Part shown: positions 44,189 to 54,550 of the stretch, piece after piece | How positions within the stretch are numbered: the first letter of the stretch is position 1 | Layout: each line of letters opens with the position of its first letter | Assembly: GCF_018350175.1 (NCBI RefSeq) | Contig: NC_058368.1 | Coordinates: forward strand, 237,276,001 to 237,340,000 | Direction of reading: 5' to 3' | Origin: Felis catus | Lineage: Eukaryota | DNA: 64,000 nucleotides | Notes under the pieces: generated by a model | Told to the model about the DNA's origin: nothing | Databases searched by the model: none | The model's input: only the letters and a program-made list of their open reading frames with translations | Program-made: the position numbers and the translations under genes

Positions 44189-46099
44189 TGAGACCATTGT
44201 TAATTGCCCACAACCTCTCCAAGCTTAACGAAGATTAAAACGAGCTTAACCACATCTATGCATTGTTTTCTTCTCAGCAGCCAGCTTGAGGGCCCATCAC
44301 TGTGTTTCGATTCAGAAACACAAATTGAGAGTCTCCAAAGAGAGCTGTCTGGAAGGTCCCCTTGTGTCATTAAAATTCCCAATTCGATGAGTCACCCGGA
44401 AACATTGTTCATCTTGTCCTCCCTCCCCCACCTCTCCTGTTCCTAGAACGGATCTCAACACCCCAGCATGTTCCAAGCCTCCAGAACTTTTCACCCTCAG
44501 CACCTATGAGCCCATCTTCTGTTTTCAGATCTCAGGATGGGCCCTTGGAATTAGGACGCTCAAGCCTTGCCATCACATAGGGCCTAGCTGCATTCCACCC
44601 TCAACAAGGTACATTCTGGAAACTCAGCTGAACACCATCACCAATCACGTTTCCAGGCTAGTATGACCCTAATTTTTAAAAATCCACTTATCATTTAAGA
44701 TAGTTTATTTGTAATGACATGATCAGATAAGCCAAGCAAGTTAAAGGTCATGTATTTTGCTCACAGGATCCAATCAATTTCGACTTAGCCAAGGTGTGGG
44801 CTCCTAGTCAAGTTTTGTCCCACTACCACCCTGTGATTACAAAGAGGTGACGATGCCAGCCTCCTCCTCCCTCTCTAGCCCTGTCCGGAGATCACATGTG
44901 TCTCCGTGGGTCGTTTGCAAGTTTTCAGAAGAGTCGCTCCATAAAGGCCGAGCTCTGCATTGTGATGAGTTAACCCAATCTCTTGGAGATGCCCAGGTTC
45001 CTCCCTGTGTTGGCAGGTCTTTATTCCGAGATTAGCTAGGTCTGTCATGAACGGATTTATCCCCCCAATTGCTGCCATGTAAGTGGAGTGGCCTCAAGGG
45101 GCTGAGACGTTCCATCCTCGCTGTGAGACTCTCTCCATGGTGAGTCCCTTGTTGTCCCCAGTGTGTTAGCCTCTTCCCGTGTGGAGAGAGGAGGCTGTGA
45201 CTCACAGGACATCAATCGGAAAGGAGCTTCTAATGTGACGCTTCCTCATAGCGTAGCTCGCTGCCTCCATTTCTGGTAGGTGTGTGTTCGAGAATGAAGT
45301 GAACTTCTGCATCTGGGCAAGGGGGCTGCTGGCCACGGGGCTGTGGCTAAGCCCCTGGAGCCCAGGGCCTGTGTTTCAGGAGAAAGCCCGGCAATCCAGG
45401 TCCTCCCTGGAGGGCCTGGAAGGGGGGTCTCGTGCAGAACCCCTCCCCCATTACAGCCAGAGCTACCCCTGGGTGTTTGGGCTGGAGGAGGGGGTCTGAC
45501 ACAGACTGCCAACAGTCCCTCGGGATTCTGCTTCATGTGCCCCACGTGGGACAGCTCCAGGGGGAGGAGGTGATAAGACAGGACGTTTTCCTTTATACTG
45601 AGCTAAAATCAAACACCCAAAGCTATTCGGATTGAGCTGAGCTGCCCCACGATGTCATTGGAGAGGCTGGAGGACCCTTCTTGGGAAATCAGGTGTGAAC
45701 AGGCTGGATCCGACCCTGGGGCCCGAGGTTTTTCTAGATAATATTATCAAATTGAGTTTGTCCTGTGTCTATGGATATTTCAGTCGCTAAGATGTGTGCC
45801 TTTAGGAATAGTTTAGGACTAAGTGGCCACCTGAGGTGTCCATCTCAGCATAAAGCACCATGTCCCTTCCAAGGTGTCCAGTCCTGCTTGGAAAAGAAGA
45901 GTGTCTATGTGGGGAGAGAGCCCACCTGTAGCACGTGGTGTGGCTGATGTAGCCACACCCCCTATGTGAGCAGACGTGTCTACAGCACTGGTCCTTCAGA
46001 AGACATCTCTTGACCAGGAAGATGTACTCTGAAAATCGACTTCATGAAATATTGGTTTCGATACTCAAGCAATAGCAATGATGTCAATTAATTTATCTG

Positions 46100-46225
46100 A
46101 GGCGTCTTCGTTTGTATCCCAGTTTAATTTTTGTGCCTTAATAGAATAGTAGAAGTGGGGAAGACGGCCAGACTAGGTCTTTGCCTGATCTAAGTAGGAT
46201 GGCAAGGATATGTTTTAGAGCAGGA
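46100..46225 (-). mobile_element. Very old L1 ORF2 fragment
   Basis: AATAGTAGAAGTGGGGAAGACGGCCAGACTAGGTCTTTGCCTGATCT resembles the reverse L1 RT-region motif. Confidence 0.45.
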
Positions 46226-49200
46226 AACGCTGGGCTATAGACAGATACTGCTTTGCCAGGGCAGCCCCGAGCCTCTGCATACACACGTCCCTGCCATAAA
46301 GGAGGTTTAGGGAGCAACTTTTCACAACAGGGGCTCTGGATAATGACTCTTGCATGGTGACACCTTCCACAGAAAACACAGAAGATAGGTGCTCTATGAA
46401 AAGTGACATCTCACATTATGTTTTCAGATAGAAATTCTCACCAATTTGCTTGACATCCTAAGAAAAATCAGAGTATCTTTCAGAACTGTGGAGAGCTCTC
46501 CGGAAGTGAAGATGCTCTCCCTGCATAAATAAGCGTGCTGGGCTTTATTGACTAAGGGCAAGGAGAGAACCCCACCCGGACAGTCAAAGGCTGTCTTGTT
46601 CAGGAAGCAGATGCTTGTCTTTATGGGGTGGACATAGGTGTTCTTGCCCAGGACATCCAAAGCCGGTAAATCTTGGCACCGGATGATTTCTCACTGTGGA
46701 AGGTGACCCAAGGGCATTGAGGTTCCGCAGAAGCAAGTGTTCCGTAGCGTGCCACGTTCTCCAGCTGTGGCTACATAATGGAGACGTGCTGGGGGAGTCT
46801 TCCGGCTCCTGTGGGGGACCTCTGCTCTGCTTAAGGGGGAGGGATGGAGATGAGCCTTTCTGGAACACTCTTGGGTTCACGGGTCATGCCTCACCTGCCT
46901 ACGTCCACGGACGTCTGAGCGCTCTTGGGTTGACCCTTTTTCTCCCCATAAAAGTGGTTTTTTGCACTATTACCTTGCTTTTACTGCAGTTTCAATGCAA
47001 GATAACCATAAGCCCAGGAAGATTTTGAAATTGGTGAAGAATGGTGGGCAGAAAGAGGAATCAATGTGTCTAATTACTTTATTATACTTTATGTGCAAAC
47101 CGCATGCACTTACTTTGGAGTTGTCGCTTACATTTATATAAGTTTTCTCTTATTGTTCGACTGATTATTTTTTCTCTTTGTGACTGTTGTTTGAGTCTTT
47201 GGGGTTGAGCTGGGACATGCTGTCACTCACCTACCTGAAATTAATGAAACTTTTTTTTTCTTCCCATGCATTGCTTCTCCGAAGAACAGAATTTTCGGAA
47301 ATAAACCAAAGTTGTTAAATTAAGTGAGAGACAAGTATATGAATTAAGATGTTCCACACCCTCTAATTTATTTTACCTCTGGGCTCTTTTCCCCATTAGA
47401 AACAGTCATGGACAGAGAGACATTTGCTTTGGAAAAGGGATAACGCAGCTGTGGCTGTTGAGTTCCAAACTAAGCTTTTGAGATTCCTGACAGAGATAGC
47501 AGCTGTGAGAGATAAAGCTCTCTAGGTCCCTGGAGCTTTGTGAGTTTATCAGCCTAAACCCTCAAAAACTGGGTTGAGCTGGTGCACTAGGAGAAAGGGA
47601 GATGAGACAGGTTGCTCCTTCCTAGACTGGAAGGTCCAGGCCAAGAGGGATGTGGGGAGCTCTGAGCATCTCCCCAATTGAGTGGGCGGAGGGGCAGGAC
47701 AGAAGCCCCAGGTGGGGCACTGAACATTGAGTAGTGGCCAACTGGTGGTGAGGTGTTGAGTGTTGTCCTGTACCTGCATGAGAAGGCAGGCTTCAGGGGG
47801 ACACAGGAGCATGTCCTGAGAGGGAGCCAGGATGCAGGACTGGTGACCACCAGGTGCGTCCCAGATGCTTTGGGACTGTGATCCTTCACCCAGAGAAGGA
47901 AGGCAGGAAGGGAATCCAGAACTAAATTGAAGAAGTTTGCCCTGAGTTAAATAGGCATCCATTTCCCTTAGGAAGCTAAATGGAAACTTGAGGTGGAAAG
48001 CGATCTGATTCTGTGGTAGACAGATGAGGTGAACTTGCACGGTGACCTTGGCTTGCGGTCCTGGGAGCTGAGACTTTGTGAACCAGGCAGTGCCCTTACC
48101 CCAGGACTGGGGCCGGCCACTGGGGAGCTCACCAGGGATGTGCCCGCTGGGCAGTCCGGCTCACAAGCCTCCTCTCTTCCCGTGGGCCCACTGGCTCGCC
48201 AAGCCTCCCCTCTTCCCACGGCCCCCCCTGGCTTGCCGGGCCTCCCCTCTTCCCGCAAGCCCACCAAAGCACAGTTCAGTCTGGGGTCGGGTGTTCTGTA
48301 CTCAACAACAACAAGAAGGGAGGGATTTACTCGACAAATTATTAAAACACATCAGATCAGAGGGAGTTTCTGAAGCATCTAGTAAAAATAAATAATTTAG
48401 AGTACCTTAATTTAGAAATATTAATTCATTCACCTTAATGTGTACATTCTTAACCATTCTTGCATATGCATGAAAACAAAGTCCCCAAGAAACACTTTCT
48501 TTTATGAACAGAGCAACAAAAGTCTTCACCAAATCCTTCTCTAACTCGGATTTCACGACAATGCAGGTTGTTCGACCTTATTATAAGATGGTGAGGCTTA
48601 ATGCTTACGTACGTGCACAAATATTTGGTACAATTGAACTTAAGTTCACAGAAGCTAATGCATATACATGCGGCCGCCTTTAAATTCGTGAATTGTGCTG
48701 GATTGTAGATAGTCACTTTTGACGAAATGGGGGAAATAGTGATTTCTCTGAGCATCGAGGCCTCCACGCGCACGTTGTGTGAAAAGTGTGGAGCCGGAAG
48801 CCGCCGCGGTCAGAAGCCCGTTCCCGACTTTCCATCAGAGAAAATGCATTGTTCTCCTTCTGGCTGATTGACTGTGAGGAAATCCGTTGAATTTATTCAA
48901 TCTTGGCTGTCATTTGAGCCATTTCTTTCTCGGAGGTGCTGAAGAGCTTATTTAAATGATTCATTTGGTGGATTAGAAGTGATACGCATCTCATACCTTT
49001 TAATAATTTGCATAAATATCTTGGCTGTACGTCAGCGGACACACCTGTTTCGTACTCCACCTGGTAGTGCTGTCTTCCAGTCGCATAATTAGTTCCGTCT
49101 CCTGCCAGACCCGGTCCTTCCCAGCTCACCCGAGGAGTTTCAGCACACATCCCCTCTTGGGTGTGGACGTGATAAACCTTGCAGATAAACACTCTGGGTG

Positions 49201-51463
49201 AAGAAAGAGGCCAGAAATGGGCGAGCAAGGAGCAGACACACGAGAAGAGCAATTCCTAGACGGCAGGTGACAAGTTGCACATGGCAGCCGAGAGCGCTCT
49301 TGAAACACCCCCCCGCCCCGGGGCCACGTCCCAGGCCAAGGTCAGACCCCGATTTATCTTAAACCGTGTGCGCTTTCTGGAGCCTTTGAGAGGTCTGTTT
49401 GGTTTTGCAGGAATGCCTTTGTGTTGCTGCCTGATGCTAATTCGATGTATGTTAATGTGAACTCTTTTTTTTTTTCTCACAAAAGCAAGATCTCCGATCC
49501 ACGTTAGAATCCCCCTGTCTTCCAGGTACGTGTGTCGTAGTCCCTTCCTGGCATCAGATCTCAGCCCTCCAACACCGGCACTGAGGCTCTCCCCCAGCAT
49601 CAGCTACATCACAGACACACCTACCGAATGTGAAAGAGTCTCCCCAGAGCAGCACATGCTTCTAAGAGGACATCATTATGAAATATTGGTTGCGTTCAAA
49701 GCCCCGGGAAATTACTCCTTCGGTTATAGTTAAAAAGCAAATGGATGCATTTTATCCAGACCTTGAGTAGAATCTGGATCTCACTGGTGAGGATCAAGAA
49801 GGTTTAAGTGACTCCTGTGCCCCCGACATCCTTATCATCATCTTTCCTGTACTTCCATACTCCCAAATGCCGGGATTCCATTAATTCCCGGGGAAGGGCC
49901 TTGCCTCTGGGCATGACAGGCTGTGCGGCGAGGGGAGGGAGGGGTGAATGCCAGAGGAGAAGGAGAGACCAGGGTGTGTGGCGTGGCTAAGCAGGGGGGC
50001 CTGAAGCTCTACTGGAAGAAGTTTGCAGGTTCCCATGCTCCCCACCATCCCGCCCAGCTCTGAGACTTGGGGGATGTTTGTCACCACGCCTGAACTCAGC
50101 ACAACCTGACTGGTAGGTCTTCCTAAAACACAACGCGGCCAGGCCGTCCCCCACCGAAAAACCGCCAGCTATCCCAGACAAGGCAGCGGGTCAAGTCGTA
50201 AGACCTCCCCGGCCTCCTGGAAACGCACGCCCTTACCTGGATCAGCCCTCACGCAGTCCTGCGGCCTCCTTGCGTGACCTGGTGAGCACTGGCGCTGGAG
50301 TCTCCGAGATGCACCGCCGGCGGGAAATTGGTGGGCGAGCCCCTTCACTCCGTGAGGCGCGGCCAGGTTGCCTGGGGTGGTCTCAGGCAGGCGTATTCTC
50401 GGCAGAGAAGCATGGAGATTTCCACTTGTGCACACGCCAGCCCACGCATAGCCTCAGACTGGTCTTCCCTGGAGAGATGTCTCGGGATGTCAAACAGTTG
50501 GAAAGAAAGTGGGCCTTTCCTGCATTTTCCCCTGTCTTCTCTGCACGCGTGGCCGGCTCACCTCTCCTGTGTGTATCAGACGCACGCCCTCGTCATGTGT
50601 ACACGTAGGCGCATCATGCCAGCTCACCGTCAGCGTTTCGCACGCCTTCCCCAGAGCTCCTCCCGTCACACTTCTGTTCAGTCTTTGCATTCATGTCAGA
50701 AGCCCTTCGCTGTGGCGACCTGGGGAAACTTCCACCCCGGATATCTCTGTCCTCCGTTCCTGTGGCCCACATCTGGATGGTCACCTGGAGGCTGCGGCCT
50801 CCTGAGAACACAGGTCTGCGGCTGTGTCCTTACCAGACGGGGAGAGGGGGGCTCAGAGGCGGGGACCAAAGGCGTCCATGTGCCCAGAGTTGGCTTCTGG
50901 GCGTTTACGAGCAGGAGGAGGAGGGCAGCAGGGGGACACGAAGGCCCTGACCCTTGGCCACATGACCCCTTGGGGGCTACGGGATGCAGGGAGGGTACGT
51001 AGGGCCTCCAAGGATGCGGGCAGGAAGGGCTCTGAGGGGGGCAGCTGCGCGACCGTCAGGGAGGCTTTGCAGGTGTCTTTCTCCTTGACAGACAGACGAG
51101 CTAGGTGGGGAGGCTGGCCTGGTCCCTGTACTTTTGTTTCCGTTTTGATTCTCTCCTGTTTCCGGCCCCGGGTCAAGTACGTAAAAAGATTCTGGTTCTG
51201 CCTCCGGCCACTGGCCTCCCAAAGGCAAAGCTGAACAGCAGGGGAGACGGGCCACCTTTCCAGGCCCGGCCCGGGCGATCCGGCTCCACGGGCAAAGCCG
51301 GTGCGCTCGAGTGCAGGACCCCGGAGAGCAAATGCCCCTTGCCCCCTGCAGGACCCCCGCGCGTAACCGCCTGCGCCCCCCGGCTCCTTCCTTCTCTCCT
51401 CCTGCCTGTGATTTTGTTAAAGAGGCTGAAACGCCGGATTTTCTTAAAGAATGAGGTTGGCTC

Positions 51464-51701
51464 TTTTTATTTATCTATTTTAAAATTTTAATTTTATTTA
51501 TTTACTTTGTGGGTGAGAGAGAAAGAGAGAGCATGCTCACAGCAGGGGAGGTCAGAGAGAGAGGGAAAGAAAGAATCCCAGGCAGGCTCTGTGCTGTCAG
51601 CGTGGAGCCCGCACGAGGCTTGAAATCGGGAACTGTGAGGTCATGACCTGAGCCGAAATCAAGAGGCGTTTGCTCGACGGATTAAGCCACCCAGGCGTCC
51701 C
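51464..51701 (-). mobile_element. Can-SINE (older subfamily)
   Basis: Reverse SINE …GAGCCGAAATCAAGAG…AGCCACCCAGGCGTCCC. Confidence 0.93.
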
Positions 51702-51845
51702 TGTTTTCTTTTTTAATAAGATTGTATATATTTACCGTGTACAATGTGATGATTTGTGTGTTTGTGTATATTTATACACACATATATAATGAAATAATTA
51801 CCATAATTGAGATGATTGACACATCCATTGCCTCCTTTAGTTAAG

Positions 51846-51854
51846 GTGTGTGTG

Positions 51855-51893
<39 letters not shown>
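51846..51893. repeat. (TG)n microsatellite
   Basis: Dinucleotide run with one interruption. Confidence 0.95.
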
Positions 51894-51895
<2 letters not shown>

Positions 51896-51922
51896 TGAGA
51901 ACACTCAAGATTCACTCTCTTA

Positions 51923-52103
51923 GGGGGCGCCCGGGTGGCTCAGTCGGTTAACTGTCTGACTTTTGATTTTGGCTCAGGTCATGATCCCAGGGTCATGGCA
52001 TCGAACCCCGTGTCAGGCTCTGCCCTGAGTGTGAGCCTGCCTGGAAATCTCTGTCTCTCTCTCTCTCTCTCCTCCCTCTGCCCCTCTAATAATAATAATA
52101 ATA
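51923..52103 (+). mobile_element. Can-SINE (older) with (AAT)n tail, inside L1MA
   Basis: TSD AAGATTCACT(C/G)TCTT starting at 51907 and 52104. Confidence 0.92.
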
Positions 52104-53880
52104 AAGATTCACTGTCTTTGCAAATTTCAAGCATGCAGCAGTCTTATTAACTGCACTCCCCGCGGTGCACATTCAATCCTGAGCTCTGATTCATCTCGCG
52201 CCCGGAACCTTGTGCCCTTGACCGACCCCTCCCCGTGTCCCCATCCTCCACCCCAGGAAAGCCCATCTACTCCGTGCCTCCCACTCCAGCCTTGCAGACC
52301 CCACGCGTAAGTGGGACCGTTCAGTCTTTGTCTGATTCCCTCATTTCACTTGGCAGTGTCTTCTATGCTCATCCGTGTTATTGCAAAGGACAGGATTTCC
52401 TTCTTTTTTAAAGCTGAACTGTGATCGTATTTTGTACACACTTTATGATATGTTCTCAAGGCCACTGAAGGACAAAGAGAGAAGACCCGGATGAGAGAAA
52501 GAGGTGTCACTGAAAACAGTTACAGGAGGCCAGTGTAGCACCTGTCTCCCTGTCCCCTCCCAGCAAGTCCCCCGTACAGCAGAGGGAAGCAGGGAAGCTT
52601 CTGCCACAGTGGCAGTAGCAGCCCAAGCGCACTGAGCGTTGGCTCTGAGCGAGACTCCGCACGAAGCTCCGTCTACGCGTCATCTTGCGGACCCTTCACT
52701 GCAGTTCTGGTAAAGAAGACGCGACTGTGGTCTCCGTGTGGGGACTCAGGACAAGGAAGAACAAGGAATTTGCGCAACTCAGCCTGAGTTCGTTCTCGCC
52801 CTGGGGCCCGGACAGCTGACTTCTCGAATTCGCGTCCCTAGGTCTCGGTGCCCTGCCTCTGGGTGCGGCGTGGAGGGAGAAGGAAAGCCGGCATGCTTCC
52901 CAGGCCTCCACTGTCAGGACCAGAGACTGAAGAGCGCCGCCAGGATCCACATCGCTATCGCCAACACCCGCCCACAGCGCCCCACTGACGTCCTCGCGTA
53001 CAGACGGACAGACAGACAAAGCTGGCCTCGCCGGGACGCCACCCACGTCCAGGCGGACATAACTCCTCCCACCACCGGGATTTCAAGCGGCCCCACCTCG
53101 GGGACATCGCGGAGGGCCATGGGTCATGTTGCTTAGACTCGGGGTGAATGCATTCCCGAAGGGGCACCCTGGCTGGTCCCAGACGAACGGGGTTCGGGGC
53201 GGGTGGTGTGAACCACACGTATGGGCTGGGAAGGGAGCAGCTCCACCCCAGGAGGGAAGCTGGGCCAACACACAGGAGTGGGAGTGAATCCATTTCTGAC
53301 CTCGTGCTGAGAGGAAAAATCTATGGATCCCTGGGAGCCAAAGCCCAGGGATGAGCACGGTCAGCAGACTGCACCCGTTTCGCACCTAAGAGATTTCACT
53401 TGCACGCACCGAAGCAAACACCGCTCGACTCGTTTAAATGCTCAGGTCGTGGATTTGAGGGCGTGTGAGAGAAATATCTAAAGCTTCTATTATCTGAGGA
53501 GGAGGACAGTAGGGCACAGATGTGGGTCCAGGCTCCCAGGCATGCGGGCTTCTGACCGGGGGGTGGGGGGGGGGCACTTTCTCAGATGACAGAGGACAGC
53601 ATCGTGTCTTACAGCCAGATGAGCCGGGAAGCTTCAGTTGGGTCCTAAGGGTTTTGAATACAAGCCTCCGATGAGCTGAAGAGAAGCCTGGTGGCCGTGA
53701 TGCCTTGGTGACCACAATTCATGCCACTCCTGTGCAGGCAGCATTCTGTTCCTCCTTTTGGCTGGCGTGTCCCTGCTGGGTGCCTGGGTCGCAGGAGCCT
53801 AACCTGCTCCTGGTGTCCGGGGACCACCCACCCCGTCCTCTGCTATCTGCAGAGGGGCAGTGATTGAAGCTGTCGGATTT

Positions 53881-54101
53881 CCTTTTTTTTTTTTTTTAGT
53901 GTTTTACTTATTTTTGAGACAGAGAGAGACAGAGCCTAAGCAGGGGAGGGGCAGAGAGAGAGGGAGACACAGGGTCCGAAGCAGGCTCCAGGCTCCGAGC
54001 GGTCAGCGCAGAGCCCGACGCGGGGCTCGAACTCGCGGACCGCGAGATCGTGACCTGAGCCGAAGCCGGACGCTCAACCGAAGGAGCCGCCCAGGCGCCC
54101 C
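53881..54101 (-). mobile_element. Can-SINE (SINEC_Fc-type)
   Basis: Perfect 16-bp TSD TGAAGCTGTCGGATTT at 53865-53880 and 54102-54117. Confidence 0.97.
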
Positions 54102-54339
54102 TGAAGCTGTCGGATTTTCAAAGGCGCATTATCCTGAGCTTCCAAAATAAGGGCTCAGCCATGTTGTCAACATAGAGCCCACCGGGAAAGAAGCAGCTTC
54201 CGGATGCGGGAGGGAGAACGGCCGTGGACCACCAAGGAGCCTCGCCTTGGCTCTTGGCTGAGGGGGCACCTAAATATTAATTCTAGTGAAACACTCCATC
54301 AGAGCTCAATTGAAAGGAATACGTGCTATCAAAACTATA

Positions 54340-54550
54340 GGGGCGCCTGGGTGGCGCAGTCGGTTAAGCGTCCGACTAAAGCCAGGTCACGATCTCGCGG
54401 TCCGGGAGTTCGAGCCCCGCGTCGGGCTCTGGGCTGATGGCTCGGAGCCTGGAGCCTGTTTCCGATTCTGTGTCTCCCTCTCTCTCTGCCTCTCCCCCGT
54501 TCATGCTCTGTCTCTCTCTGTCCCAAAAATAAATTAAAAAAAAAAAAAAA
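54340..54550 (+). mobile_element. Young felid SINE (SINEC_Fc)
   Basis: Near-consensus body, clean A-tail, TSD AAAACTATA. Confidence 0.97.

Larger units (their letters stand above)
51705..52435 (-). mobile_element. L1MA(8/9)-like 3' end containing a (TG)n tract and a SINE
   Basis: TATATTTACCGTGTACAATGTGATGATTTG…GTGAGAACACTCAAGAT…CAAATTTCAAG…TTATTAACT…CATCCGTGTTATTGCAAAGGACAGGATTTCCTTCTTTTTTAAAGCTGAA. Confidence 0.85.
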
